Assembly (NCBI GenBank): GCA_965205485.1
Contig: OZ242180.1
Coordinates: forward strand, 4,160,001 to 4,224,000
Source: Candidatus Latescibacterota bacterium
GTDB taxonomy: Bacteria; Latescibacterota; UBA2968; GCA-2709665
DNA: 64,000 nucleotides
Direction of reading: 5' to 3'
Shown: positions 1-10,823 of the stretch, piece by piece
Numbering within the stretch: position 1 is the first letter of the stretch
Layout of the letters: every line of letters starts with the position of its first letter
The notes under the pieces: model-generated
What the model saw: only the letters and a program-made list of their open reading frames with translations
Databases searched by the model: none
What the model was told of the DNA's origin: nothing
Made by a program: the position numbers and the translations under genes

Positions 1-212
1 GGCTCAGCTTTGATTCCTGCGTAATCGACCCAGCCTCGCGAGTCCACGAATCTGCCCAACATGCGATCGAGGGGCGCAAAGTCGAACGGCGTCGGTTCGC
101 TGCTCCTCGCCGGCGCCGACCACAGCGCGACAAGCATGAGGAGCAGAATCGCGTATCCGTATGTCTTCCAGTACGTTTTCCGTGAGAAAACAGATTTCGT
201 TTTCGGATTCAT
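1..212 (-). CDS. DUF547-like secreted protein, 5' part only (runs off window)
   Basis: Hand translation from ATG at 212: MNPKTKSVFSRKTYWKTYGYAILLLMLVALWSAPARSSEPTPFDFAPLDRMLGRFVDSRGWVDYAGIKAE; hydrophobic signal followed by an L..fV...G.VDY..ik motif typical of DUF547 N-termini. Confidence 0.6.
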   Translation of the reverse strand, partial: MNPKTKSVFSRKTYWKTYGYAILLLMLVALWSAPARSSEPTPFDFAPLDRMLGRFVDSRGWVDYAGIKAE

Positions 213-235
213 CGGTGGATCCCGCCTGAATGCCT

Positions 236-1600
236 TCAATCGAAGAACGTCAGATACGGCTTCCCGTCAATTTCACGCTTCAGCAGCACGGCCAGTTCCA
301 GCGCGTGATAATCTCCCCACATCGAGGCTTCACCGTTTGGCACGTTCTGACCCTCCCGGCGTCGGTCCCAACCATTGGGTCGGTGATAAACCGAATGCAG
401 GATCAGCCCCTCGTGGTTCGCATCGTCCGACAGGTACGGCGCGTCGAACAACGTTCGCGCGACCGTCAACGCCGCCTTCGTGTACGTCGCGCCCGCCACT
501 TCGCCCAGGTACCTGCCCAGACGGTACAGTCCCTGTGCCGCGATCGCAGCGGCCGAACTGTCCACGGGCTCGAATTCATTGAACGGATCCGCGTCCCTTC
601 CCAGGTAATCTCCCATTTGCGCCAATCCCGGCGCTCCCGTATCCCAGTAAGGGATGCCATCCGCCGCGGACGCGCCGTCAACGTAGTAGTCCGCCGTGGC
701 CGTTGCCGCCCGGGTCATGAATTCCGTGACGCGGCCGCGACCACCGCACCCCGAAAGGTCTTCATCATCGACAGCATCCAGGAATTCCAGCAATTCGGAA
801 TATCCGCTGACGATCCATGCAAGGCCCCGCGTCCACGTGGAAAAGGGCGAGTATCCCTGCTGTGTGCCCGGACATCTGTAATTGCCGTCATTGACGTTGA
901 AAATGGACTCGTGCGCCACCCGCCCCCTGATGTCGTATGAATCACGACCGTCGCCGTAATACACATTGAACCTGGCGGTTGTTTCCGCGTGTTCGATCAT
1001 GCGATCGAGAAGCGATATCGCCCGGTCGTTCTCCCCCATCAATACGTGACCCAATTCGTGCGCGAGTCCGAGGGACCTGCAGGTACGGATCGTGTCGGAA
1101 AAAAGCGAATGGGCGCCGTTGAATGACGGAATATACCCCTTTCCGTCCCGGATCGTCGTCCAGCGCGCCCCCTGCACCGCACCGGACGCTTTCAGTGCAA
1201 GCTCATAGAACCGCTGTTCCCAGGAATCGCCCGGGATGGCGCCTTCAAGCATCAGCCGCCTGAGGTTGCCGTACGTCGAAATGTTGTTGAATCCGTGGTC
1301 GTGCACGCCCGTGTGGGTCACGTGCGGCGCCATTCGGTCTACGGTTCCCCGGCGACCGATTTCCAGAAACCGCTTCTCTCCAAGGGCATCGAACAGCAGG
1401 ATCGGGCACCCGTACTGGAATCCCTGCGTCCATTCCGTCCAGCCCCGGGTGGCGTACTTCCCGTCCACCGTATAGACCGGCGCGCCGCGGCAGGGATCCC
1501 ACGTCTCGGATATTAACGTGACTTTGTCCCCCGCGAGTTCGAAACACCGGTCGAGTCCGGAATTCAGGTCCCCCGGGCAAATGAAAGGATCAACGCGCAT
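236..1600 (-). CDS. GH88-like glycoside hydrolase (unsaturated glucuronyl hydrolase-like)
   Basis: WTEWTQGF, HDHGF, WTRGLAW, PYWD, DSSAAAIAA and WGDY motifs of the GH88 (alpha/alpha)6 family. Confidence 0.8.
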   Translation of the reverse strand: MRVDPFICPGDLNSGLDRCFELAGDKVTLISETWDPCRGAPVYTVDGKYATRGWTEWTQGFQYGCPILLFDALGEKRFLEIGRRGTVDRMAPHVTHTGVHDHGFNNISTYGNLRRLMLEGAIPGDSWEQRFYELALKASGAVQGARWTTIRDGKGYIPSFNGAHSLFSDTIRTCRSLGLAHELGHVLMGENDRAISLLDRMIEHAETTARFNVYYGDGRDSYDIRGRVAHESIFNVNDGNYRCPGTQQGYSPFSTWTRGLAWIVSGYSELLEFLDAVDDEDLSGCGGRGRVTEFMTRAATATADYYVDGASAADGIPYWDTGAPGLAQMGDYLGRDADPFNEFEPVDSSAAAIAAQGLYRLGRYLGEVAGATYTKAALTVARTLFDAPYLSDDANHEGLILHSVYHRPNGWDRRREGQNVPNGEASMWGDYHALELAVLLKREIDGKPYLTFFD

Positions 1601-1756
1601 AGCCTGCCCCGGCGACGCGCGCCGCCGCCCGGTCCGCTCTTTCGCGGCGCAATGCGTGCGTGCGCCGCGTGCCGTTACCGATGCGTCTTCGCATTCGTTT
1701 CGATACCCTTCGGCTCCGCTGCCTTTCTGACCGCAATATTGAGATCCTGCGGGGTG

Positions 1757-2092
1757 CTACTGTCTCGCATAGACGAACACCGTGCCATCCGTCGCATAGA
1801 GCGTAAGTTCATCGTTGTCAATGGAGTACCCGAAGTCCAGTGCGTCCAGAAACAGGGCCCCCTGTTCGATTCGCCAATTACCGGTCGACGTGATCTGACT
1901 TCCGTCGAAGATTGTATTGATGAACGTGTAAACGCCGTTTTCTTCGAAAACCAGCGAATAGTTCACCGTCACGGGCTGGTTTCTCGCGTGGGTCAGTTTC
2001 CACGTGCCCAGTATCGCTTCCTCAGGCGACAATGGATCCTCGCCGCAGCCCGGGAGTGATGCAAGAAGGACCGCCATGCAGATTGCTTTCAT
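1757..2092 (-). CDS. Small lipoprotein, lipocalin-like beta fold
   Basis: Start reassigned to ATG 2092: MKAICMAVLLASLPGC lipobox, then ILGTWKL and TGNWRI motifs. Confidence 0.65.
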   Translation of the reverse strand: MKAICMAVLLASLPGCGEDPLSPEEAILGTWKLTHARNQPVTVNYSLVFEENGVYTFINTIFDGSQITSTGNWRIEQGALFLDALDFGYSIDNDELTLYATDGTVFVYARQ

Positions 2093-2136
2093 CAAGCAGA
2101 TGCGCGCGTTGATTCGCGCAGTCCGATACCCTCGGA

Positions 2137-3009
2137 TCATATTCGTGACTCCAGCAGACGTTTCAGGTACCGGCAATATGCATTATCTTCCGAATAGTCC
2201 GCGATTTCCTCGAGCTGCCCCGCGCTGATATATCCTTTTCGAAACGCGATTTCTTCCAGGCACGCGATCTTCAATCCCTGCCGGTGTTCGATAATCTGCA
2301 CGAAATTGCTTGCTTCAAGCAGGCTTTCGTGGGTTCCCGTATCGAGGTACGCGATCCCCCTTCCCAGCAGCTGGACCCGCAATTCGCCCCGCGTGAGGTA
2401 TTCGTTGTTCAAGTCGGTGATTTCCAGTTCCCCCCGGTCCGAAGGCTTCAAGCCCTTTGCGATATCCACCACGCTACCGTCGTAGAAGTAGAGACCGGTA
2501 ACCGCGTAATTCGATCTGGGTCGTTTTGGCTTTTCTTCGATGCCAACGACGTTCATAACGTCATCGAACTCAACCACGCCGTATCTCTCGGGATCCTGAA
2601 CGTAGTACGCGAAAACCAACCCGCCGGCGTCGTGTTCGCCCGCCTCCTCGAGCATTCCGGAAAGTCCGTGGCCGTAGAAGAAATTATCGCCGAATATAAG
2701 CGCGCATGGCTCGCCGCCGATGAAGTCCTCTCCGATGAGAAACGACTGCGCGACGCCTTCCGGACGGGGTTGAATCGCATAGTCGAACCGCAGACCCAGA
2801 CGGCTGCCGTCTCCCAACAGATTTCTGTAGAGCTCGATATGTTCAGGAGACGAAATAATCAGAAACTCCCGGATGTTGGCCAGCATCAGAACCGAGAGCG
2901 GGTAATAGATCATCGGTTTGTCGAATATGGGCAGAATCTGTTTCGAAATCGAAGTCGTGAGCGGATACAGCCGGGTACCCAGCCCGCCTGAGAGTACGAT
3001 TCCCTTCAT
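2137..3009 (-). CDS. rfbA: Glucose-1-phosphate thymidylyltransferase (RmlA)
   Basis: [56 protein letters not shown]. Confidence 0.95.
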   Translation of the reverse strand: MKGIVLSGGLGTRLYPLTTSISKQILPIFDKPMIYYPLSVLMLANIREFLIISSPEHIELYRNLLGDGSRLGLRFDYAIQPRPEGVAQSFLIGEDFIGGEPCALIFGDNFFYGHGLSGMLEEAGEHDAGGLVFAYYVQDPERYGVVEFDDVMNVVGIEEKPKRPRSNYAVTGLYFYDGSVVDIAKGLKPSDRGELEITDLNNEYLTRGELRVQLLGRGIAYLDTGTHESLLEASNFVQIIEHRQGLKIACLEEIAFRKGYISAGQLEEIADYSEDNAYCRYLKRLLESRI

Positions 3010-4400
3010 CGGACGGCCCTTCGCGATCCTCGACGACGTCCCGGGTCGCCTGCGGCTTCGATATTCACGTTCTCCGCGAATGGGACGACCCTTTCGGGAC
3101 TCTGTTGATCCCCCGTCATCAGTACAGGAAGGCGGAACACGCGTTCTCCGCTCCTGTCGCAGAAATAGAGGCGGGAATCGGAAGGTCGACGCGTATGTCC
3201 ATCGGCCCAGAAGGCATAGAATTCCGGATGTGCGTTTACCGGCCTGCGCACGTACGTATGGTTATATATGCTCCCCCGCGTTGCCATGTGGGTCTTCTCC
3301 CACGCGGCCCCCTCGTCATCACTGGTCCACACGGCCACCTCCCCTCCCGTATTGTACGGCTGAGGTCCCGTCCCGGTGGGCGCGATGATCCGCCAGGTGC
3401 CGTCCGGTTCGATATGCAGCCCTCCAGCGTCGTAGTTGTTATCGGACGGGAATGCCTCGCGTACTTCCCAGGCGTCGCCTGTCCAACGGGCTGTGGTCCA
3501 GATGCGCGGATCGTTCCTGGGTCCGGTCTCCATCCCCCGGCTGGTCAGAATCAGGACGACAGGATTGCCATGAACGTCGAAATTCAAATCCTTGACGAAC
3601 ACTTGCAGGCCCTCACTCTCGTAGTCGTGCACGATCGCGCCGTTGCGGGGGTGCGCCAGCGGGAGAATCATGTCCTCTCCCGCGGCATTCTTCCAGGTTT
3701 CGCCGAAATCGTCGGTCTGAAGATAGTACAGATTGGTCCTGGGCGGGCCTGGCGCCTTGACCGGATGATAGTTGAACGCGGTACCGACGCGTTTGCCGGA
3801 TCGCCAGCTGACCTGGTAGTGTCCGTGGCGGATTCTCGCCAGGATCCTGGGCGGAGACCAGTCCGTTCCGTCGGGACTGGTTTGAGCGTAGAGGAACCGG
3901 CCGCCGAGGTAACGGGTGTGCAGAAACAGAAATCCATGGTCCCGAACATACCATGGTTGGGGATAGGAGAAATTCGTCTCCTGCAAACACTCGAATGCAT
4001 CCACGGAATAGGGCTTGTCACTCTTGAAGACATACGCCGGTCTCGCGGTTCCGTGCGCGCTTACGAAGACCCAGATGTATCCCTGGTCGTCCAGCATCAG
4101 GACAGGGTTGTCGTGCGCGTCGGCCGTGCCCTTGTCCATCAGGATGGTCGGTCTCGGGACCGTCCCTGTGGCGTGATCGTAACAGGAAACCATCGCCAGG
4201 ATCCGGTTCCTGTCCCTGTACGTCCCTCCGTAACAGAAGTACGTCTTGTGCGCGGTGTCGGAATAGTACGCCAGCGGGATATGTTTGGCGGTGTAGGTCG
4301 CGAATCCGCCGCTGTAGTAGACGTATTTGTATTCGTCGTCCGCGGGCGTGTCCCACCACCAGATGCCCCGGTAACCGTCGTCGGTTTCGCATTTACCCAC
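3006..4400 (-). CDS. BNR-4 repeat-containing beta-propeller protein (putative lyase/glycosidase)
   Basis: [25 protein letters not shown], Asp-box-like TDDFGETW and [15 protein letters not shown]; stop overlaps the rfbA start (ATGA). Confidence 0.75.
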   Translation of the reverse strand: MGKCETDDGYRGIWWWDTPADDEYKYVYYSGGFATYTAKHIPLAYYSDTAHKTYFCYGGTYRDRNRILAMVSCYDHATGTVPRPTILMDKGTADAHDNPVLMLDDQGYIWVFVSAHGTARPAYVFKSDKPYSVDAFECLQETNFSYPQPWYVRDHGFLFLHTRYLGGRFLYAQTSPDGTDWSPPRILARIRHGHYQVSWRSGKRVGTAFNYHPVKAPGPPRTNLYYLQTDDFGETWKNAAGEDMILPLAHPRNGAIVHDYESEGLQVFVKDLNFDVHGNPVVLILTSRGMETGPRNDPRIWTTARWTGDAWEVREAFPSDNNYDAGGLHIEPDGTWRIIAPTGTGPQPYNTGGEVAVWTSDDEGAAWEKTHMATRGSIYNHTYVRRPVNAHPEFYAFWADGHTRRPSDSRLYFCDRSGERVFRLPVLMTGDQQSPERVVPFAENVNIEAAGDPGRRRGSRRAVR

Positions 4401-4508
4401 AGATATTCCTGCGTAACAGTTTGATTTCCAGTTTTTTTATGATTCTTTAAAGTTTTGGTTTAGAACCGTTCCGAATCCCGACGTGTGAAGTGCAACTGCG
4501 GACCCGGA

Positions 4509-6224
4509 TCACTCGGGACACCTTGCGGTCGCTTTCCTGAGTGCTTCCGTGGCGGCCCGGTCAATCTCCCGTTTCAGGTTGTCCACCACCACGCCGTACT
4601 CGTCACGGGCCGCCTCGAGCGATACGCGTTCCTGTCGAACGTCGTTCAGCACCAGTTCGGGATCGCGAGTACGTGGAGAAAAGTAGCCGCCCCCGCCTGG
4701 AAGCCTCAGGGTGACCGTCTGTCCCGGTTGAAGATCGTACTTTCCCTTCGGGTGCGGGCGGGACCCGTCTGAAAGAATCACCTCGCCGACGGCGCCGTTA
4801 CCGCCGCCCGCGAAACCGCGCGCCGGGCTCCTGGTGCGGTCATACATACACGAATGCAGCACTGCCGAGTCGGTGTCCATTCGAAGCACCATTTCCTGAC
4901 CCAGCCCGCCGCGGAATCGGCCCGCGCCGCCGGAATCCGGGCGCAGCTCCCGCTTGAGCATCAGAACCGGCGAAACCGCCTCGATGGCCTCTGCGGGCAC
5001 GCCTTTTATTCCGCTTGGAAAGGCCGTGGCCGACAGTCCGTCCGATGCGGGCCCGGCGCCCATGCCGCCGGCCGAAAAGAAGATATAGGAAAACACCCGT
5101 CCTTCCCGATCATGCCCTTCCAGTTGCGTATTCCACAGCCCGGCCGAACCGTCGGCCAGAATCCGGTCGGGAATCGCCCCGGACAGGGCGCCGAATACAG
5201 CCTGGGAGAGAAAGTGCCCGATCAGGTGGCGGGCGCCGACGGCACATGGAAACGTGGCATTCAGAACGGTGCCCGGCGGAGCGGTTACCTGAACCGGCCG
5301 GAAGCTCCCGGCGTTGTTCGGGACGGCGGGGCTGATCGAACACGCCAGCGGGTAGGTCGTATAGGCGTGGGTATAGTTGTAGACCACGTTGATACCACGG
5401 TCCACCTGCGGTGACGTGCCATCGTAGTCGACGACAAGGTCACGGTCCTTTACCTGAATGGAAACCGCGATCTTCAGAGGATGGTCGAAGCCGTCGATCA
5501 CCACTTCATCCCGGTAGGTGCCGTCGGGTATCTCCGCGATCGCCTCCCGCGTGGCGGTCTCAGACCGGTCAAGGATCAGTGACGCGAGGGACTCGATGTC
5601 CTCCATTCCGTATTCCGACATCATTTCCGACAGCTTCGCGGCGCCCACGTCGTTGCCGGCCTGCTGGGCATGGAGGTCTCCCACGACGGCATCCGGCGTA
5701 CGGACATTGGCGCGGACGATTTCAAGCAGATCGCGATTGACATGCCCTTCACGGAAGAGGAACATGATCGGAATATGGAGTCCCTCTTCAAACACCTCGC
5801 GCGCGTCCGCACCCAGCGTCCTGCCTCCGATATCCATGGCGTGGCAGGTATTGGCGAACCAGCCGACGGCCTTTCCGCGATGAAACACGGGAGTGACCAC
5901 GGTAATGTCGTGCAGATGCCCCGAACCCAGCCAGGGATCGTTGGTAAGCAGACTGTCGCCGGGTTTCAGACTGTCTATCGGATGCGCTTTCGCGAAGTGT
6001 CCGACACAGGTTGCCATGGTGTTGATATGGCCCGGAGTGCCGGTCACCGCCTGAGCGACCATATCGCCGGTACGGTTGAAGATTCCCGCGGAAAGGTCGC
6101 CCGCTTCCCTGACCACGGTGGTGAACGAGGCGTGCATCAGTGCGGCGGCCTGCTCGTTCACGATGGATATGAGCCGGTTCCAAAGTACCTCGAGCAGAAC
6201 GGCGTCCAGCTCCTCCTCGAACAT
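4509..6224 (-). CDS. Hydantoinase B/oxoprolinase family subunit
   Basis: NDPWLGSGHLHD, HAMDIGG, EEGLHIP, DSGGAGRFRGG, PGGGGY; start reassigned to MFEEELD at 6224. Confidence 0.9.
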   Translation of the reverse strand: MFEEELDAVLLEVLWNRLISIVNEQAAALMHASFTTVVREAGDLSAGIFNRTGDMVAQAVTGTPGHINTMATCVGHFAKAHPIDSLKPGDSLLTNDPWLGSGHLHDITVVTPVFHRGKAVGWFANTCHAMDIGGRTLGADAREVFEEGLHIPIMFLFREGHVNRDLLEIVRANVRTPDAVVGDLHAQQAGNDVGAAKLSEMMSEYGMEDIESLASLILDRSETATREAIAEIPDGTYRDEVVIDGFDHPLKIAVSIQVKDRDLVVDYDGTSPQVDRGINVVYNYTHAYTTYPLACSISPAVPNNAGSFRPVQVTAPPGTVLNATFPCAVGARHLIGHFLSQAVFGALSGAIPDRILADGSAGLWNTQLEGHDREGRVFSYIFFSAGGMGAGPASDGLSATAFPSGIKGVPAEAIEAVSPVLMLKRELRPDSGGAGRFRGGLGQEMVLRMDTDSAVLHSCMYDRTRSPARGFAGGGNGAVGEVILSDGSRPHPKGKYDLQPGQTVTLRLPGGGGYFSPRTRDPELVLNDVRQERVSLEAARDEYGVVVDNLKREIDRAATEALRKATARCPE

Positions 6225-8311
6225 TATCCCAATCCCTCCACGCGCGTCAGGAGCAGGCTGCCGCACGTCTCCACGGCAAACGACCAGCCGTGCGGCACGA
6301 CGGCGGTGGACTCGTCTTCTTCCACGATTGCCGGTCCGGTCGCTCGAAATCCCGGATCGATCCTGTACCTGTCGAAAACCGGCGCCGGTTCCGGACCGGT
6401 TTCCGCATCGAACAAAACCGGGCGAACGCCCTTAACCGCGTCCCCGCCCGTTGAAGGCGGCAGTTCCGGATCCCCGATATCGGGCTTCGGCCCGGACATC
6501 CGCACACGCCAGTGAACAGACTCGATTTCCACGCCCTCGCACGTGCGCGTGAACTTGCGGACATATTCCGTATCGAATCTCTCATGGATTTCATCCAGAC
6601 TGTCGGGGCCGATTCTGCCGCCCGGAATCGGAATCCTGATTTCGTGGCCCTGTCCCACGTACCGCATGTCGGCCGTGCGTTCAATCCGCATTTGGGACGG
6701 CGCCACGCCGGCATCCCGCAAAACGACGGCGCCCTCGGTTTCCATTGCTTCGAAAAGCGTGTTCAGCCTCGCGTAATTCAGGGCCTCCAGCCGCGCTACG
6801 TAACTCCTCGCGAAATCAAACGAAATCGGCGCAAGCATCAGTCCGAACGCGGAACTCACGCCCGCCGTGGGCGGCACGATCACCGTGCGTATTCCGAGTC
6901 GCTCGGCCACGCCGCAGGCATGCACGGGACCTGCGCCTCCGGTTGCGACCATGGCATAGCCCCGGATGTCGATGCCGCGCTCGGCCGCGTGAACGCGTGC
7001 CGCGTTCGCCATGTTTTCGTTGACCATCCTGTGAATGCCCCACGCCATACGATCGATGCCCGTGCCCAGCCGCTTCGAAAGCCGGTGGACCGCGCTGTTT
7101 GCGCGGTCCAGGTTCAGCGCCATCTTGCCGCCCAGGAAGTAGGCGGGATTCAGCATCCCCAGAACCAGGTCGGCGTCGGTCACCGTGGGCGCCGATCCTC
7201 CGTTCCCGTAGCAGGCGGGGCCGGGAACCGATCCCGCGCTTTCCGGACCGACGGCCGGCAGCCCCATCTCGTTCAGGTGCGCAATACTGCCGCCGCCCGC
7301 GCCGATTTCTATCATATCCAGTACGGGGACAAGGAGCGGCAGCCCGCTCCCGCGTTTGAATCGATAGACACGCGCCACCTCGGACTCGGTTGTTACGGGA
7401 AAAACGCCGTCACTGCCAAGCACGGCCTTCGCCGTCGTGCCACCCATATCGAACGCGAGCACGTCGTTCAGGCTTGAACGGCCGCCCCAATAGGCGGCGG
7501 ACAACGCGCCGCCGCTCGGACCGGACTCGACAAGACGGACGGGAAACGCCGCGGCCGTCTCGGCCGAGCAAACGCCGCCGTTGGACAGCATGATATGCAA
7601 AGGCGCTGCGATCCCCTTTGCCTCCAGACCCCTGGTCAGACCGGAAAGATACCGGCGGGCGAGAGGCTGGACGTATGCATTGGCGACGGTCGTTGACGTC
7701 CTGTCGTATTCCCGCTGTTCGGGCGACACCTGGTGGGATACCGAGACCGATACGCCGGGCATCGCTTTCCCGACAATCCGCGCCGCCTGTCGTTCGTGTT
7801 CCGGGTTGGCGTATGCGTGCAGAAAGCAGATGGCAACTGATTCCACTTCTTCTTCGATAAACGTACTGCATGCCTCCCGGATCGACGATTCATCCAGGCG
7901 TTGGATTGCTTCTCCCCTCACGTTCATCCGCTCGAGCGCCCCGAATCTCAGTCTGCGTTCCACCAGAGGTTCGGGCAACTCCAGGCGGAGATCATAGATA
8001 TCGTACCGACCCTCGCGCCCGATCTCCAGCGCATCCCGAAACCCCGCCGTCGTGATCAGTCCGGTTCTCGCGCCCTTGCGCTCGATCAGCGTGTTGGTCA
8101 CCAGCGTCGTACCGTGGATGACGCGTTGAACGGCGCCTGCGTCGCGGAAATCCGGCAAGGAGTCGATTCCGCTCAACACGGCATCGGAAGGATCCGGATA
8201 AGTCGTAGGCACCTTGGCAACCGACTGGCGGCCGGTACGGCAATCCAGAAGGACGAGATCCGTGAACGTGCCGCCGATGTCAATTGCCAGGACCCACTGT
8301 TCTTCCGCCAT
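6224..8311 (-). CDS. Hydantoinase A/oxoprolinase family subunit
   Basis: IDIGGTFTD, HGTTLVTN, ESGPSGG, FDMGGTTAK, IGAGGGSIA, PGPACYG, DMRYVGQ. Confidence 0.9.
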   Translation of the reverse strand: MAEEQWVLAIDIGGTFTDLVLLDCRTGRQSVAKVPTTYPDPSDAVLSGIDSLPDFRDAGAVQRVIHGTTLVTNTLIERKGARTGLITTAGFRDALEIGREGRYDIYDLRLELPEPLVERRLRFGALERMNVRGEAIQRLDESSIREACSTFIEEEVESVAICFLHAYANPEHERQAARIVGKAMPGVSVSVSHQVSPEQREYDRTSTTVANAYVQPLARRYLSGLTRGLEAKGIAAPLHIMLSNGGVCSAETAAAFPVRLVESGPSGGALSAAYWGGRSSLNDVLAFDMGGTTAKAVLGSDGVFPVTTESEVARVYRFKRGSGLPLLVPVLDMIEIGAGGGSIAHLNEMGLPAVGPESAGSVPGPACYGNGGSAPTVTDADLVLGMLNPAYFLGGKMALNLDRANSAVHRLSKRLGTGIDRMAWGIHRMVNENMANAARVHAAERGIDIRGYAMVATGGAGPVHACGVAERLGIRTVIVPPTAGVSSAFGLMLAPISFDFARSYVARLEALNYARLNTLFEAMETEGAVVLRDAGVAPSQMRIERTADMRYVGQGHEIRIPIPGGRIGPDSLDEIHERFDTEYVRKFTRTCEGVEIESVHWRVRMSGPKPDIGDPELPPSTGGDAVKGVRPVLFDAETGPEPAPVFDRYRIDPGFRATGPAIVEEDESTAVVPHGWSFAVETCGSLLLTRVEGLG

Positions 8312-8556
8312 CCCGCCAGGCTCCAATTAAACTTCCAACGGCCTCGACCGTGCCATAAACTCCTTAAAACAGCTTCTTAGGCGCCGGAGACGTAAATATG
8401 CGCCTCGCGGACATGAATGTCAACTCTAACGCGGGTTCGTCAGCCGTAGACGCCAACAGGTCTTCATCCACGGAAACGACGGGACCCTTCCGTGAGGCGA
8501 AAGCCTCCCCACTCTGATCCGCGTTCCTGAAAGGCGTTCCATTGACGCATTATGCC

Positions 8557-8585
8557 TTGACATCCTGCAGTCCATTATTTAATTT
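8557..8585 (+). promoter_or_regulatory. Sigma70-type promoter for tRNA-Gly
   Basis: TTGACA-17 nt-TAATTT, 30 nt upstream of the tRNA. Confidence 0.6.
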
Positions 8586-8615
8586 TCAATTCACCTGGCG
8601 CAGCAGAACATCGGG

Positions 8616-8691
8616 GCGGGAATAGCTCAGCTGGTAGAGCACAACCTTGCCAAGGTTGGGGTCGCGGGTTCGAGTCCCGTTTCCCGCTCCA
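8616..8691 (+). tRNA. tRNA-Gly(GCC)
   Basis: GCGGGAA/TTCCCGC acceptor stem, CAACC-TTGCCAA-GGTTG anticodon arm, GTTCGAGTC T-loop, encoded CCA. Confidence 0.97.
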
Positions 8692-8707
8692 GTTTTTTCA
8701 CGCGAAG

Positions 8708-8748
8708 GCCCGTTAAACCTGCCCGTTTAACGGGCGCTGTTGTTGTTT
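8708..8748 (+). terminator. Hairpin after tRNA-Gly
   Basis: GCCCGTTAAAC-ctgccc-GTTTAACGGGC 11-bp stem followed by a T/G-rich tail. Confidence 0.6.
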
Positions 8749-8794
8749 GTCGTCCACCCGGCCACCCATGGGATCCTACGCCGGAGGCGGTCCA

Positions 8795-9934
8795 GTGAAA
8801 ACTGCGCTGCACGACGAATTCGCGCAATACCGCCTGCCGGACACCGCCCTGTGGACGCCGGGACCGCACGCGCTTACGCCTGCGGTCGAACGTACAATCC
8901 GGGCCTATCGGGCGACTTTCTCCCACCGTTCGAACGACTTCAAGTCCCTGTACACGCAGGCGGTAGCCCTCCTGCGTGAAGCATTCCACGCGCCGGAAGC
9001 GTACACGCCACTCATCTTCGGCCACACAGGCAGCTACGACTGGGAGATGGTCGCTGTCAATACACCGCCCGATTCCCGGGCGGTGGGTCTCGATATAGGC
9101 GCGTTCTCCGCCCGATGGGCGGAGTTATTCGTGCGCCATGACCGCGCCGTCGACGTACTTCGTGTACCATGGGGACATGGAATCGAACGGAACAGGTGGC
9201 GCACCGCGCTGCGGAGAGGCTACGACGTCGCGCTGCTGACACACAACGAGACCGCCACCGGGGTCATGCTCCCCGTCGATGCCCTCTGCCGGGACGCGCG
9301 CCGCCGGTCGCCGGAAATGCTCGTCGCCATCGACGGCGTAAGTATCGCCGGTGCGGTTGAAGTTGACATTGGTACGATGCGACCGGACTACTATCTCTGG
9401 AGCCTGCAGAAGGACTTCGGGATTCCCGCCGTCGGGTCGGTGATGATCGTCTCGAATCGAGCGCTTGAGACGGCGGCAAGTGTCGCGAAACGCGGATACG
9501 TGCTGGACCTGATCGAATGGCATACCCGCGCCGCTGACGCGCAGACGCCCGTAACCGTATCCGATCTCATGTTGCGCTGCCTGATCGCCCGTCTCGAGGA
9601 AATGCTGGACGAGGGCGATGCCCGCTTCCGGCGACACAGGAATCTCGCGCGAATGCAGAGGGACTGGGCGGCGAAACACGGCCTGGGTCTGCTCGCGCAG
9701 CCGGAATTCTGCAGCCCCACCGTCACCGCCGTTCTGATGCCCGATTCCATCCCGGCGACGGAACTCGTCCACGCGGCGAAAAACGTGCTGAACGTACAGA
9801 TCGCGCCGGGTTACGGCCCCATGCAGAATACCGCCATACGGATCGCCGCAATGGGAAGCACTTCGGAATCGGAAATGGAGCGGTTTCTGGCGGGGCTTTC
9901 GCTGATGATCAGGAACTGGTCGGCCGCAACTTGA
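8795..9934 (+). CDS. PLP-dependent aminotransferase class V (serine-pyruvate/alanine-glyoxylate type)
   Basis: TPGP, HRS.DF, HNETATGV, DGVS, SLQK (PLP lysine); GGAGG before GTG 8795. Confidence 0.85.
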   Translation: MKTALHDEFAQYRLPDTALWTPGPHALTPAVERTIRAYRATFSHRSNDFKSLYTQAVALLREAFHAPEAYTPLIFGHTGSYDWEMVAVNTPPDSRAVGLDIGAFSARWAELFVRHDRAVDVLRVPWGHGIERNRWRTALRRGYDVALLTHNETATGVMLPVDALCRDARRRSPEMLVAIDGVSIAGAVEVDIGTMRPDYYLWSLQKDFGIPAVGSVMIVSNRALETAASVAKRGYVLDLIEWHTRAADAQTPVTVSDLMLRCLIARLEEMLDEGDARFRRHRNLARMQRDWAAKHGLGLLAQPEFCSPTVTAVLMPDSIPATELVHAAKNVLNVQIAPGYGPMQNTAIRIAAMGSTSESEMERFLAGLSLMIRNWSAAT

Positions 9935-9947
9935 ACAGAGGGTCGCA

Positions 9948-10763
9948 ATGCCTCCTACCTCGATGGTCTGTCCGGGCTGCCGCAATCTGATCAGCACGGA
10001 AGAGAAAAAATGTCCGTACTGCGGCGCCTATCGCCCGGGTCTCTGGGGGCTCGGCCCCGCCCTGAGCCGGCTGTTCGGATCGAGAATCGACGTTCTCACC
10101 CTCATTCCCACGGCATGTATCGTCCTTTTCCTGCTCAGTCTGCTCCTGGACCTGGAATCGGCGCTGTCGCTGCGCGGCGGCTTCTTCGGCATGCTTTCGC
10201 CCGGTTTTCATGCGACCGCGATCCTGGGAATGACAGACGGAAACGCGCCGTGGTGGACACTGTTCACGGCCATCTATCTGCACGGCGGGTTGTTACATAT
10301 CCTCTTCAACGTGCTGTGGATACGGCAACTGGGCCCGGAAGTCGGCAATCTATACGGCCCGGCGCGCTATTTCATCATTTTTACGACTGGCGGCGTCGTT
10401 GGCTTTTTCCTTTCCAACGCCGTTTCCGGCTATCCCACGCTGGGCGCCTCCGGCTCGATTTTCGGACTTCTGGCCGCCCTCATCGTCTATGGCCGAAGCC
10501 AGAAGACCAGCTTCGCCGCCCTGATGACGCGTCAGATCTGGCAGTGGGCAATCATGCTCTTCATCTTCGGCTTTCTCATGCAGGGTGTCAACAACTGGGC
10601 CCACTTCGGCGGATTCGCCGGGGGATGGATCGCTTCACGGCTCCTCGTCTCGAGCGCGCGCTGGCACGAGGGGCGCCTCACCGTGGTGGTCGCCCTGCTC
10701 CTTCTCATGATCACCGGAGCCGGTTTCGTGTTGTCGATATACAGCGCGATCCGCGGCCTGTAG
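9948..10763 (+). CDS. Rhomboid intramembrane serine protease with N-terminal zinc ribbon
   Basis: CPGC..CPYC, LHGGLLHILFN, GASG catalytic Ser, NWAHFGG catalytic His. Confidence 0.9.
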   Translation: MPPTSMVCPGCRNLISTEEKKCPYCGAYRPGLWGLGPALSRLFGSRIDVLTLIPTACIVLFLLSLLLDLESALSLRGGFFGMLSPGFHATAILGMTDGNAPWWTLFTAIYLHGGLLHILFNVLWIRQLGPEVGNLYGPARYFIIFTTGGVVGFFLSNAVSGYPTLGASGSIFGLLAALIVYGRSQKTSFAALMTRQIWQWAIMLFIFGFLMQGVNNWAHFGGFAGGWIASRLLVSSARWHEGRLTVVVALLLLMITGAGFVLSIYSAIRGL

Positions 10764-10823
10764 TTTCCGGGTACAGTTCCGCCCCGTCTCCGCCACGGAC
10801 GGACCGGAGTCCGCAGCAACGGC

